In this document: positions 23,929 to 37,735 of the stretch, piece after piece | How positions within the stretch are numbered: the first letter of the stretch is position 1 | How the letters are laid out: every line of letters starts with the position of its first letter | Made by a program: the position numbers and the translations under genes | The notes under the pieces: model-generated | What the model saw: the letters and a program-made list of their open reading frames with translations, nothing else | Told to the model about the DNA's origin: nothing | Databases searched by the model: none | Source of the DNA: Rhizaria sp. SCN 62-66 | Lineage: Eukaryota | Direction of reading: 5' to 3' | Assembly: GCA_001724265.1 (NCBI GenBank) | Contig: MEDY01000095.1 | Location: 1-64,000 of the forward strand | Length of the DNA stretch: 64,000 nucleotides

Positions 23929-26900
23929 TTAATATGTCTCAACCTCAGCGTCCGCCTCTGAGTTCATGGCGGACACGAACAACCCTCCGTCGTCGCCATT
24001 CACGCGGTCATGGCCGTGGTCGAGCCGGAGCTCGTTCGCCTGCTCCAGATCGGGGTTCTGCTGCAGCGCCAGACCATGTTCTTGCTCCTGACTCTGCTCC
24101 ATCGCCTGCTGCTGTTGCTGCTGCTGCTCTGGCTCAGACACTGGGTCAACAGGCGCGGGCACCAGCGCGGACTGATATTCCTGACTGTTGTTGTACTCAT
24201 CGCCGGCGTTGTGGTTGTTGAATGCAGCGGCGATTGCAGCAGCCATGGCATCGTCGTGGTTGAGGTCGTTCGCCGCGACATCAGCGTTCTCAACAGCAGG
24301 TGAATCAGCGTTAGCGGCAGTAGGTTCAGGAGCAGCTTCGGTCTCAACCTCAGCAACAAAGACGGTGTCAGTCGCTGTTGCGCGGGCGTTGGTAGCAGGC
24401 GTGCCAGTGTTGTCGTTGGCATCATGAGCAGGCTTATCGAGCGTGATTGCATCAGAATCAGCGGTGTTCGCGTCTGCGTCCGCAAAGACGGGGGCTTCAA
24501 CAGCTGCTTCGGCTGTCAGTGGCGCAGTCGCACTCTCATGGTTGGCCTCCGTGTTGCCGTCAGGAGCGATGGGTGTGGTAGCGATCGGCTCGGTCTGCGC
24601 CTCCGGCTCAGTAGTTGTCACAGCAGCAGCGTCAGCCGTGTCTGAGCCAGCAACACCATCAGCATCTGCTGCATTCACCTCTGCCTCTGCCTCGACTACG
24701 GGCTCAGCATCAGTGGCAGCGGGAGTCGCGATAGCCGCCGTTGCAGCCGCAGGCACAGGCACAGGCGCGGGCTCAGGTTCAGGCTGAGCTGCCGGCTGCG
24801 ACTGCGGCTCGGTCGTCGTCCCAAATTGCGGCTCAGCAGTGACAGTGACGGCATCGACGGCAGGCTCCGGCTTCGCATCAGCACCGTGAGTCTGCTGTCC
24901 TTGCTCTGACTGAGTCTCAGCCTGCACATCAGCCTTGGCTTCGACTGAGACCACGGCCACAGGTTCTGGCACAGGCATCGGCGCCCTCTCACCCGTCGCT
25001 GCCGTCTTCGCAGCAAGCGTAGGCGGAGGCGGCGCATGTGCAGGCATGGGCGCCGGCGTAGTGGCAGCAATTGGCGTAGTCGCAGCAAACACCTGCGTCA
25101 GCCCCGCTACACGCGTCCCATGCGTACCCGTCGCAGCGGACCCATGCATTCCTGTCGAAGCGGGCCCGTGTGTTACTGGGGTTGCCGTCGTCGCAGTCGT
25201 CGCTGATGGCCCGACTGTGGGGCCGACAGCGGGTCCCCTTGTCGTCGCCGTCCCGGGCCTCCGCACCCCCCTAGCACTGCTGACGCTGCCGCTGTAGCCG
25301 CTGCTGTTAGGGGCGCCGTACACCGCGGCCGCCGCAGACAGCCGCTGAAGCGCGGTGCCAGTGTACGGCACGCCCGACAGCGTGGTGGTGCCGCCGGTGG
25401 ACCGCACGAGACCGTGAGCGTGGCCGTGGGCGTGAGCGTGGGCTGGACTGGGACCGTGAGCAGCAGCGGCGCCGGGCTGGTGGCCGTGGGCCGAGGCGAG
25501 GGCGGTCGAGTTGGGGCCGGGGAGGGTGCGCGAAAGCGAATGCGCGTGCGAGTGCTGATGCACGTGAGGGTTGTTGACGGCACTGCTGTTGGGCAGGCCG
25601 CTGAAACCACTCTGCCGCGCCTGCGACTGCGAGTGGTTGTGGACGCCTGTCAAGTGACCGTGAGCCTGCGCGTACGCAAACGACGAGTAGCCCGCCTCAG
25701 TGTGGTGATTGTGAGCAGCAGAGTGGCCGTGGGCGGCGGCCGCGTGCGGCCCCGCCGCGGCGGCAGCAAAGGCGGCGGCCTCAGCTGCGCGCTGCTGGTC
25801 CCGGCGCGCGGCCGCCAGCACCGCGGCGCGCATCGCCGCCGCCTTCTCCGCGCGGCCACTGACGAGGGGCGCGGCGGGAAAGGCCGCGGGGTGACCGTGG
25901 GCGGCGGACGGGGGCAAGGCCAGCGCGAGCGACTGCGAGCCCGCATAAGACTGAGACGGTGCGTGTGCGTGTGAGCGGGGATGCGCGGTGACGGGCCTGC
26001 GCTCGCGGCGGCGGACCACTGGGCTAGCGGTCACATCCGCGCCTTCTTCGTTGGCGCTAGAGTTGATGGGGTCGAGCGGCAGCGAGGCGTTGAGGCCCGA
26101 ACCCTTAGTCGGGGTACTGACACCGCCTTCTGGAGCATTACCGTCAGGCCTCACTGGTGATAGAGCATGTTGTCGCAATTGTTGTTGCTGTTGCGCGGGA
26201 CGTGAGCGCGAGCGAGAGCGCGACTTGATCGACGCGCGGGCCGGCGAGTGCGGCGAGTCAGAGTGCCCGTCGTCAGATGTAAGTACATCGTCACCAGGCA
26301 AGGGCTGCAGCAAGACAGCCCACTCAGTGCCGTCCTCGAGACCGGCCAAGTCGGCATCGTCACAGCCTTCGGCGTTGTGCTCTGCACCAAGATCACTCTC
26401 GTGCTGCCTCTGCTGCTTGCGGTGACTGCTGCTATTAGTTGCAGCAAGCGTCGCACACTGGCCGTCGGCAGTGGTGTCTTCTGAGCGAGGAGGCAAAGGG
26501 CGGCGGCGCAGCGCCGCGGCGGCGGTAGCCGGGCGCACAGAACGCGGCGGCCGGGCGGAGCGACTGTGGGCAGCACGGTGACCGTGAGCAGGCTGGCCAT
26601 CCCCGCCGTCGTTGTCGCCGTTTTCGTTGGCGAGAGGCATAGACAGGTACAGCGCAGCGGCATCTGCAGAGGCAGCGTCAGCGCCAGCGTTGCCGCTACT
26701 GCGGATCGGACTACGGTTCGCGTTATAGCCATTGCTCGCGTCGATGTTGTTGGGAGCAAAGATAACAGAACCCGCGGTCGCAGGCCTCGCGCTGTTTCTC
26801 GCACTAACGTTGTTGTTATCAGTGGAGCTGTCGTTGTTGTTGTTGCCTTCACCACCGCCGCGACGGCGGGCACTCACGAGCACTCGCGACCGGGGGCCGC

Positions 26901-29900
26901 CGGCTCTCGTTTGCTGCTGGTTTTGCTCAGCATCACCGCCGTCAGCGACCTCACCGTTCACGTTTGCGCTGTTCTTGCGTGTCGGCGATGACGACGGAGG
27001 CCGCGGGCGCATGCGCCTCTGCTGCTCTTGCTCGCCACTGAACTGCGTCTGTGAGAAGGGATGCGACCGCGACTGTGAGCGCGAGTGCGACCGCGAATGC
27101 GACCGGGGGTGCGCGGTGGCGGGCCTCGCTCTGGCTCTGGCACTGTTGCAGTTATTTGCGCCGGAGTGATTGCTCTCATGAGAAGCATTATTGGTGTAGC
27201 TCGCATCGTTCTCGTTATTGCCGTAAGTGCCATTGTTGTTTTCGGCGTATCCAAGCATCGGCGCCTGCTCATTCTCACCCAGCTGCTGTTGCTGCTTGCG
27301 CTGCCGACGCCGCGCCGCGCTGGCGCCGGCGAGCCTCTCGGCCTCCGCGTCGGCGTCGGCGCCCCACAGGCCGCCCTTGGTAGGCTCGACCCAGGAGAAG
27401 CCCTCCCAGCCGCCGCCCTGCTCGCCATCACCATCATTGCGCTGCCGCTGCTGTTGTTGTTGGCGCTGGTGACCACGGTCAGTCAGCGCCGCCGGCTCTG
27501 CGTCCTCGTCGCTCTCACTGAAGCCCTCGCCGCCGTTGCTGTGAAGACTGTGGCTATGGTCGTGGTACGCGTGGTCGCCGCTGGTGGTAACCCTGCCACC
27601 CACCGCGGTGCCCTGCAGCGCGTAAATGACCTTCCCGGCCGCGGCGCGGGCGTGGATCTCCCGCACCACGCGCCGGTTCACGCGCTGCAGCTCGCGCTCC
27701 TGGGCGCGCAGCCCACGCACGCGCTCCCGCAGCGCCGCGGCGCGCGCCGCCAGCGCCGCCGCCACGTCGCGCCCGTGCACGGCCGCCGCGGCGCGCAGCA
27801 CGGCGCCCGCCGCGCGCTGCCGGCGCGCCTCGGCGGCTTCTACACGTAATACAGCGGCGTCGCTCTGAAGGAAGCCCACGGCGGCCTGGGCACGGGCCAG
27901 GTCGCGGCCGGCCGCGGCGGCGGAGGCCTCGGCGGTCCTGGCGGCGGCAGCGCGGGCCGCGCTCGCGTCGGCGGCCTCGGCGGCGGCGACGCCAGCGGTT
28001 GTGACCTGGATAGCAAGCTCCGACGCGCTGTATGAAACAAAGAAGGGAAACAAACAGCACCAAAAGAAAAGAATTAGATAGGAAATCGATCAAAATAACA
28101 TGTTACAAAATATAATTAAACAATATTTCAAATATATCTTTGTTTCTACGTACAGAGCGCGTGACGCCGCAAGCGCACGCAAGGCGGCCTCAAGCGGGAG
28201 CCTGAGCCCCTCGGCCAGCGCGGCAGCTTGCGTGATGAGCGGCCCGGCCGCGCCCGGTGCGCGCGCGCGGCAGAGTGGGGCCGCAGCGCGCGCAAGGCGG
28301 CAATATGTGTCGGTGTACACGGCTAGCTCCGGCCGCGTGAGGGGCAGCGTCAGCGGCAGCGCGCGGCGGGACGCGGCCGCCAGCGCGGTCGACGACGGCC
28401 CGTCGCGGGCGCTGGCGCTGGACAAACTGATGCGGCCGGCAACGCCGTCGCGGTCGCCGCTGCTGCTGCTCGCCTCAATGCGGGGGCCGTACTGCCACTC
28501 CTGCTCGTCGTCGTCATCGTCCTCTTGGTTATCGTCGTAACCGCAGTTGATATCACCGGTAGCCGTTGCGTCACCCGCTCTATCGTCAGTGCCACTATGA
28601 CTACTGCCAGCGGTGACGGCTGTGTTGTTGGCGCCCAGCTGCAGCTCAAGCAGCGACGACCCGCGGGCCGCGCTGTCCTCCGCAAATGGCGCCACGAGAG
28701 CGGTCACGGCAACGAGAGACGCGACCGCGCCCGCCGCGCGGCGCCGCCACAGCCGCGTCCACACGAACGCGCGCAGTGCCAGCGCCTTTAGCGCAGTGCG
28801 GAACGCGCCGGCGCGCTCGTCGGCCACAGCCTTGGCCTCGGCGGCCTTGGCCTCGGCGCGCGCGCGGGCGGCCTCGGCGGCCTCGGCGCGCCGCTGCCAC
28901 TCGTTGTCCGCGTACGCCGCCAGCGCAGCCTGAGATGTGAGAAGGCAACAAATATAACACGTAGATGTGAGGCAATGCAAATAATGTCAAGAGAAATTTG
29001 TGTAAAATCGCATGCGTAGATATAAATACGACAATTCAACATTAGACAACGCATATTACGGAACAAATATTTCAATACGTACCTGTGCTTCGAGCGCGAT
29101 TTGGCGCTCGAGCCTTAGCGCGCGCGCGGCCTGCGCCAGCGACAGCCCCAACCCCAGCGGCAGCTGCGGCAGCGCGCGCGCCTGGCCCTGCTGCCACGCC
29201 GCGCCCGACGGGTTGACTGCCCAGTCGTCGTCAGCGTCGGCTGCAGTATAACCAAGCACGTACGGTGAGTCTCTACTGTGCGACGTGGTGCCATCTGCAG
29301 TCGCCGCGTTGTCTGCGGACTGGCTGGCAATAGCCTCGGCGACGGCCTGGCGCAGCTGCGCGGTGCCGAGCGGGTGCGGCCCGTCGAAGCCGTAGACGGC
29401 GCCTAGCACCGGGTGCAGCGCGGGCGCGCGCCACTGCACCACGACGCGGCCCGACTGGCCCTGCGCCGCCAGTCTGCGCCGCGCGCCCGCCATGGCGGCC
29501 GCCACGGCCGGTGGCGGCGGCGGCGCGTACGCGAACACAGACACCGCGCCGCCCCCAACGCCATTATCAATCGTGAACGCGGAGGCGGCGGCGGGGCCGA
29601 GGCGCGCGGCGGCGAGCGCGCGCATGAGCAGCGGCGGCAGCGTCTGCGGGTCAGCGCGCGGGAAGCTGCGGCCGCGCGCAGTCGTGAGCGACGACTCTGG
29701 CGGGGAGAAGGGCACCATAGCGCGGCGGCGGCGGTCGCGGAGGCGGAGGGTGAAGCCTGGAAGGCCGGGCGCGAAAGGAACCACGGACGCCGCGGCCTCG
29801 CGCGCGCGGGACAGCGCGGCGGCGGCGCTGCGGCGAGCCTAAAATAGAGCAAAACAAAACAGAAAACAGAAGAGTGGTGTTATGATAAATTGTCTTGCTG

Positions 29901-32900
29901 CAGATTTGATATTGATTTTGTTGTAAAAATAATAAAACGTACTTGCATGAGCGCAGGCAGCCCCGGCGGCGGCTGCAACTGCCCCCAAGGACTGTTGCTG
30001 CTTTGTTGCTGTTCCTGCTGCCGCTGCTGTGCAGTCTTGGTGCGCGCTGAGAGCTCCGTCTCGAACATGCTGAAGTATGCGTCGGCGGCGGCCGCGGGCA
30101 ACGACGGCAGCAGCGCGGCCAGCGCGCAGTCTGACAGCCAGCGCAACGAGCCCGAGCCCGCCGCCGCGGGGGACGGCGGCACTGGCCCGCGGTGACCGTG
30201 ACCGTGGACAGAGTGACCGTGGGCAGCAGCCGATGGGTGACTGTGAGACGCAGAGTGACTGTGCGCGCCGGCGGGCGTGGGCGGGACCAGAGTGGCGCCG
30301 ATGAGGCCGCTAGACCGGTTTCCGCCGCTTCTGCTGCTACTGTTGCGCTTGCTGCTGCTGAGACGGTGGATCGAGCCGCGCTTGTCATCACCGGGAGACA
30401 CTACAAGGCTCGTGCTCTGCTGAGAATACGTACTCGCGGGGGCATCGTGACTCTCCTTATTCTCACCCTTACTCATACCGGCAAGAGCAACATCGGCAAT
30501 AACGCTGGCCTGGTCACGAATGTTGTTGTTCTTGCTATTGTGACTACGTTGGTCGATCGCGTTCAGCGCGCTGGCCACCGCGGCGGTCACGGCCCTCTCA
30601 GTGGCGGCGGCCAGGTCAGCCCGGAAGCCCTTGCCCAGCGCGCGCGCGGCGGCCGCAGGGAGCCGGCCCGTGAGCGCGACGACCGCGGACAGCGCGTCAC
30701 CGCCGACCGTGAGCCCGTGGCAGCGCGCGACCACCGTCGAGAGGTCGTCCTCCTCGTCCTCGGGCTCGTCGTCGCCGGGAGTGCCGCCGACGCCGCCCGC
30801 CCGCGACCGTGGCCGTGGGGCGCCGAGGAGACCGCCGGTGAGCGAGTTATTGTCACTGGTGGCGTTGGAGTTGTTGCCACCGAAGCCGCGGGAGCGGGTG
30901 CGGCGGTTATTGTTGCTCTTACTGGCCTTGGGCGTCGTGAGCCGCGGCGCCGGCAGCAGCGCCGCGCGGCCGCCATCCCGGTCAGTGATGTCGCTGCTCC
31001 TGCCGTCGCCGCCTTCGCTGTTGTTGTACGCGGCGTCCGCGGCGGCCGCGGCGGCGTCCTCGGCCGCGGCAGCCTTGAGCAGCGCGGCGGCCTCGTCATC
31101 CTCAGGCGCCACGCCCGCTACCGCAGCCGCAGCCGCGACGACGCCGGCGGGGCCCGCTGTGGCCTCGTCGCCGGCACCGTCCGCGGCGACCGCGGCGGAC
31201 AGCGCGGCCGACACGAGCGCGTGGTCCTCGACTGCGGCCGACAGGTCCAGCCGCGCAGTGGCCGCGGCGGCCAGCGCCGACTCGAGCGTGGCGCAGCGTG
31301 ACGCCAGCGCGCAGGCCGCGGCCGAGGCGGCGGAGGCCGCGCGGGACGCCGCCGCCAGCGCCAGCGTGACCGAGGCCGGGGACAGTAGCGGGGGCTGCAC
31401 CAGCGCTTGTGTCGGACAATCTGCATGCTCTGCGTCTGACTGCTGCGGCTGCTGCTGCTCGAAGCTGCTGTCGTGCGACTTGATAGAGCCAGTGGGGGAA
31501 GCAAAGGGGGAAGCGAAGGGGATGAGAGGGCGGCTGCCTTGAGACGAAGCAGCACTGCTGCGAAGGCGAGCGCTATTGTCGCCATCGCTTACGCTGCTGT
31601 CGTCTCCGTCCTCTTCCTCGGCGATGAGGCTGACGTGCAGTGCGGAGGGCGGCCGCAGGACGGTAGCGCCATCCTCAGCGCGGCCCGCAACGCCGTCTCC
31701 AGACGCAGGCCCAGCCTCAGCAGCAGTCGCAGTAAGAGTCTCAGCGGCTGTCTCTACGACTGCGCTACTGTTGCCGTCGTCATTACTGATGATGATGTGA
31801 ACAGAGGCATTCCGGTTACCGCTGGGTGTCTTCTCGGGAGAGCTGATAGCCGAAGCAGTCGGGGCCACGATAACAAGACTACCAGCCGAGTCATTGCTAT
31901 CGCGATCGTTGTTCGCAGAGTCAGCCTGCGCAGCCCAGCGCCCCGCAGCCTCCGCGGCCGCAGTCTCTGCCGCGGTCACCACGGCCGCCGCGAGCGCCGC
32001 GTCGCTCTCCCATCTCGCCCTGACCGCGGCCGCCGCGGCCTCAGCCCGCGCCGCTGCCGCCGCTTCGGTGGCCGCGGCCGCTGCCTCAGCGCGATCTGCC
32101 CGCGCGTGCGCCGCAGCGGTGTCGGCGCGGGCGGCGCGGGCCTCGGCGCGCGCGGCGGCGGCCGCGGAGGCGGTCTCGTGCAGCGCCGTGGCCTGCGCCA
32201 GGAGCAGGCGGCGGAGCGCGCGGAGGGAAAGCTCCGAGAACACCGGGTCCACGACCAGCGGCGCCAGAGAGGCCGAGATGGGCACCGTCAGCGGGGGCTG
32301 CGCCGCCGAGTGCACTGAAGCAGTCGCAGTCCCAGTGACTGTGGACTCGTCGGGCGCGGAGACCGTGGGCACTGCAGCGGCGTCGGTGGCCGCATCAGCG
32401 TGCGAGGCAGAGTCTCCCTCAGAGTGCGCGGCGTCGGGCTCGGTGGCCACGACTGTGGCCGCGGGCATTATGTCGGAGTCGGAGCGGGAGACGCTTTGAT
32501 ACTGCTGTCCGTTCTCAGGCTGCTGTGTCTGCTCTGAATCTTGATGGGCTTGAGCGGAAAGAATTTGCCTCTGCTGCTCAGGCGTCGCCACGAGGTCGAC
32601 CGACAACGCCAGATAGATGCCTCTGACGTTATTGGCACCGGCGCTATCCGTAGTACGTGTACTTGCACTCGTGTGGGAAAGATCACGGTAAGGGTCAATC
32701 CCGTAGCAGATGTCAATGGCGACAAACACGACGTCGCCGTTGTCGCCACCGTTAGCGCTGACGCTGTCGTCGGTACTCTGTGCATCATGGGCGATAACAT
32801 CAGTCGTAGCCTCAGGATGCTCAGCGTCAGTCCAATCAAAGACGGCGGTTGTCGCTGCCACAGTCCGCGTCGTACTCGCCTCCGCCGCGCTATCGCTCTG

Positions 32901-35900
32901 GCCGTCACTCCGACCCTCGCTCCGCCCCACCGCCGCCGCGACGGCGGCCGCGACCGCCCCCGCCTCTGCCTCTGCCTCGGCGGCCTCGTCCCGCAGCAGC
33001 GGCGCGTAGCAGTGCGGGAACAGCGTCCCCGCCAGCGGGCCCAGCGACGCCAGCACAACTGGCCGGCTCGCGTCCGCGATCGCAGCGGCGCGCGCGGCGG
33101 CCTCGGCGGCCTCAGCCAGTGCGGCGGCCTCGATCGCAGCAGCTTCGGCCTCGGCGGCGGCCAGCGCGGCGGCCTCGGCGGCGGCGGCCTCAGCGGCCGC
33201 GGCGGCGGCGCGGGCGGCGGCGGCGGGCGCGAGGAGCGGCAGCTTCGACAGCAAAGCGACGGTCGCCGCGGTGGCCGCGGCGGCCGTAAGAGACGTGTAT
33301 GAGAGGCGGTCGCCGTAAGCAAAACTGCGACGACGCGCGGGCAGCCCTTGCTGAGCGGCGGCTGTGGTGGCAGCAGCAGCGGCGGAAGCTAGGTGGCGGG
33401 CCAGAGCCAGGAGGTCTTCAGCCAGAGCGGGCGTGACTGCAGCGGCGGTGACCGTGGGCAGCAGAGCGACTGTGAGAAGCACGGAGCCGTCGGGGCTCAC
33501 GGCAAGCGACAGCGCCAAAACATCGGCGTCTGGGTCTGCGACAACAGGAATGTACTGTTGCTGCTGCTGCTGCTGTTGTTGTTGTTGTTGTTGCTACTGC
33601 AGCTGCTTGTTGAGCGAGTGTTGAACCTGCTCCTCCTGCTCGAAGTGTTGTTGCTGTTGCTCTTGCTCGAGATGTTGTTGTTGCTGCTGTGCAGTCATCG
33701 TAAGAGCGAGTTCCAGACTGAGAGGCGTCGTGGGGCGGCCAGTCAAAGCCAGTTCAACAATCACGACATCAGCATCACGATCGCTCTCAGCCACACTGAC
33801 AACATTGGCATCAGCCAAGGCGACAGCAGCAACAGCACTGGTCTCGGTAGCGTCATCGTCGGCCGCAACTACAGTCGCCTGCTCAGTCATAGTTGCAGCC
33901 TCGGCATCAGTGCCAGCCTCAGCCTCAGCGTCGGTCTCAGCGTCCGCGACCGTGGCAGTGCTCGTCGCCGCTGCAGTCTCAGGCGCAGCTAAAGTGTCGG
34001 CCGTGGCCTCAGGCAAAGCAACATGCGTCGCGTCGCCCCTGCTGTGAGTCAGCGGCGTTGCGGCAGTCGGCAGGCTGTTGCGCCGCATACTTAGACTGCC
34101 CCTGCTGCTACGTACACTGTCGTCCTGCTGCTGCAACTGCAAGTCCTCTCGTTGCTGCCCCTGCTCTTGCTCTTGTTCTTGTCCTTGTTGTTGCACTTGC
34201 TTCTGCACATGCTCTTGCCGCTGCTCCTGCTCCTGCTGCTGCTGTGCGATCAACGCCAGCTCCAGCGCAATGGGAGTCGACGGCCGGCCAGTCTGAGTCA
34301 GAGTCACGGCGACAACATCCGCATCAGCAGTGCTGTCACTCGCACTGGCGTGGGCCGTGAGAGCGTCCTGATAAAGCACAGTTGCGCTCTGTTGTTGCAG
34401 TTGCGGCTGCTGCTGTTGCAATTGTTTCTGCAGTTGTTGCAGCAGCTCTTGCTCACGGTTGACACGGTACTGCTGCGTCAGCATTGGCTGCGACAGCGAC
34501 CCAAGCAGCAGCCCCTTAGGCGGCCCCTTAGATGAGACCGCGTCCTGCGCCTCCGGCCCCCTCTGCGCGGCGTACGGCGCAAGAAGCAGCGCCCGGATCG
34601 CCCCCGCGACCGCAGCAGCGGCCTCGCGGCCCGCCCGCGCCGCCGCGCCGTCCTCAGCCGTGGCCGCGGCCTCGGCCTCCGCAGCGGCCCGCGCGCCCGC
34701 CGCCGCCGCCGCTGCGCGCGCTGCGGCCTCGGCCTCTGCCTGGCGCGCTGCCTCCCGCTCTGCGGCCTCCTGCGGCGACGGCGGCGGCGCGGGCAGGTCC
34801 AGCATCAGCCACGGCAACTCCGCAGCGGCGGTCTCGGTGGCCAGCTCGGCCTCGAATTGCGCGCGCGTCAGCCAGCGAGACTCGTGGTCGCTGCGGGCGC
34901 CGGGCTGACGCTTTGCCGCGCTAGAGTCTGCGTCAGCGTCCGCATCTGCGAAGGAATCAGAGTCGCTAGGGTCGTCGCCGTCGGGGCCCGCCTCGGTGGA
35001 GGGCTCGCCGGTGAACTCGCACAGGCCCGAACGTGGGTGGCGCCACGTCGTGACGCCGTCGCAGCGCCGGTAGTAGAAGTAGCGACCAAACTCCTCACTA
35101 TCCTCATCCTCATCATCGTCCTCGTCCTCGTTCTCATCTACGTCTTCATCGTCAGGGTCATTGTGGTGGCCTGACTGGGCTCTGGCGGCCCTAGCAGCCC
35201 GCGCCTCTGCTCTGGCCTCCGCCCTGGCCTCGGCGGCCGAGGCGGGCGCCCAGAGCCGCACCCAGGCGAACGGCGGCACCGTCCACGCCGTCACCATCGC
35301 AACGCCAGAGCCAGAGCCGAAGCCGCCGGTAAGCTCAGTCTCGTTGCCGGGCTCGAGCCCAGCGCCGCTCTCGGACATAGGGCCAGCGGGCATGGAACCC
35401 GTGGGGATGGGGCTGATGGGGATGAAGCCGGCGGGAAGGGGGCCGGCGGGGACGCAGACGGAGCCGGCGCGCGACCGCAGCGGGCGGCCATGGGCAGCAG
35501 TGGCGGCGGCGCCGGGGTAGTCCGGGATGAGGGCCTGGCTGTGGCTGTGGGCCATCAGACGGCTGCGGCTACTGCTGTGCGCGGCGGTGTGCAAGCTGGG
35601 GGACAGTGGCGGCGACTGCGGCGGCGGGGCGAGCGATCTGAAGCCGCGCTTCGACCGGCGTGACAGCGACTGGGACCGTGAGCGCGATTGTGACCGAGAC
35701 CGAGACCGTGAGCGTGACCGAGAGCGGCGTGACTGCGCGTCATAGCCTTGTTCGTTTTGAGTGTCGGCGTTGTCGTCATTGTTGTTGATGGTGTTGTCGT
35801 CGTTCGTGTCCCGGTCGCTGAGCAGGCTGTGGTTGTACCGGTCGCGCGGGGTGGCAAACCCGACACTGTCGAACTGGCCAAACAAGGCAGACTGGCCTCC

Positions 35901-36630
35901 ACCGCCGCCGCCGTGCGTCGCGTCCACGTTAACATCCGCGCTCGTATCGTCTTGGGCATCGTGGTTGTGACTGAAGCTTGCTGTGGCGGCTGCGGGAGCG
36001 CTGAAGTACACCAATCCTGTCTCTGGATGCGGGTGCGCGGTCCAGATCTCCACCAGACGGCGCCTTGTGCGGCTAAGTACCCCCTTAGACGGGCCGCCGG
36101 GGAGGAGGCCCTTGAGCTCGGCCAAGTAGTACGAGCGGGGGTGCCTCTCTTCGGGATGTGGCAACTGCTGATGTTGTTGCTGCTGCTGTTGCTGTTCCTG
36201 AGTGCTCGCATCACCGCTAGTGTGAGCGTTGGGGTTGTTATTGCTGTCTTGCTGCTGCTGCTGCTGCTGCTGACCGATAGCAGGCAGTGTAAGTGCCCCG
36301 GATCTAAGTACCTCGTTCATCGTCTGCTCGACAATGGCCGCGGCCCACAGCCGGTAGAAGGGCTCACTGCCCGCCGCGTAGCCCGCAGAGCCGGCCCCGC
36401 GCACCGCCACAGCCACCGACGCAGCAGCAGCCGCAGCAGACTCGGCAGCAGAGTCGGCAGCAGACTCGGCAGTCGCGCCAGTCGGAGCTGTCGGTGCGGC
36501 GTGGCCATGACCGTCGTCGTCGTAGTCGTTGTCGGTATCGTTATAAGGGCGGGTTTCCGGGTCTGTGCTGCTGTTGGTCGCAGTGACTGGGACAGCTGCG
36601 GCGGTCTCGCTCGCTGCAACGGGGGGACCG

Positions 36631-36671
<41 letters not shown>

Positions 36672-37184
36672 CGGTAGCTGGGACTGCAGGTGCAGCTGCG
36701 ACGGCGACTGCGACTGCGATTGCGCAGTGGCGCTCGAGACTGAGGGCGACAAAGGGTGATGACGCGGAGCCAGATTGGACGGCGGCGGCGCAGGCACATG
36801 CAACTGCTGCTGCTGCTGCTGATGCGACGGCTGCTGCGGCGGCATAGGGACAGGTCCAAGCGCGAACTCCGCCGCGGCGGCCGCTGCAGCCTCTGCCGAG
36901 ACCACCACGGCCGAGGCGGATGGCGACGACGCGTACGCCGAGGCAGAGGCGGTGGACGACACCGAGCGCGGCGAGAAGGCGATCATATGCGCGCGCTGAG
37001 CGAACTTCTGCGCGCGCGGGGATGAGCCCGGCACGTCGGCCGCCAAGCCCGCCGCGGGGGAGTGTGGCGCGACCGTGACGGCCAGGGTGGCAGGCGCAGG
37101 CGCGGGCGCGGGGGGAGGCGACGGCCGCAGAGCTGTCAGAGCCGTTACGGGGCCCGCGTGGGCGCCCGGGTCGGCAGCGTCCAT
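23929..37184 (-). CDS. Giant (~4290 aa) low-complexity/coiled-coil protein with WW-like motifs; one in-frame TAG at 33594-33596
   Basis: Exons 37184-29943, 29838-29083, 28929-28154, 28027-23929; all donors GTACGT and phases consistent. WW-like VPPFAW...GRYFYYRRCDGVTTWRHP and WTAHPHPETGLVYF. Ends in TAA. The 5' end is uncertain (possible extra exon near 37603-37463). Confidence 0.72.
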
Positions 37185-37735
37185 GCCAGAGTGCTTCGGC
37201 GAATAACGCGCGCAGACAGCCCTGATATGGCAATTGATACCCGTTAGCGGAGTGAAATTAGCACACGCCTCGATCTAAGCTGTGAGGTATGCTGGTTGAA
37301 GCTTTTGGTGACTGTGAGCGAGGCAGTGTGAAAGGGACCGGACAAAGAGCGGTGGTAACCAAAGTAAACATTCGGGTTAGCGCATATAATTGAAAAATAA
37401 GTACATTCTGCAACAATAATATCTGATTATTTTGAAATGCACACCAACAACGGTCTATGTACATCGTGAGAGACCGCCAAAGACATGCTCAATTTGAGGC
37501 GGCCGCCGCCACAAGCCACGCTGGTCAACCGCTCGAGTCCGGCATTGCCCGCCGCGTGGGGCTTGAGGGCATTTTGTTCGAGTTGAATATGTCGTTTTCT
37601 CATCGTAACATTGTGAAATAGCGTGGGTATACATTTTGCCGACACTCTTTTGCGCAACGCTAGAAACCTACTATTCCGCAATCTTACATTTATCGCCCTC
37701 TGTCGCGCTTTCAGCTTGATCGATCCGCGCCTTAG

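Noticed and set aside
37275-37277. Possible seventh in-frame TAG upstream of ATG 37184 on the minus strand (YLTA*IEAC)
   Set aside because: It could equally be a 3' splice acceptor (donor GTACAT near 37462 gives matching phase) or lie in the 5' UTR, so it is not counted as evidence.
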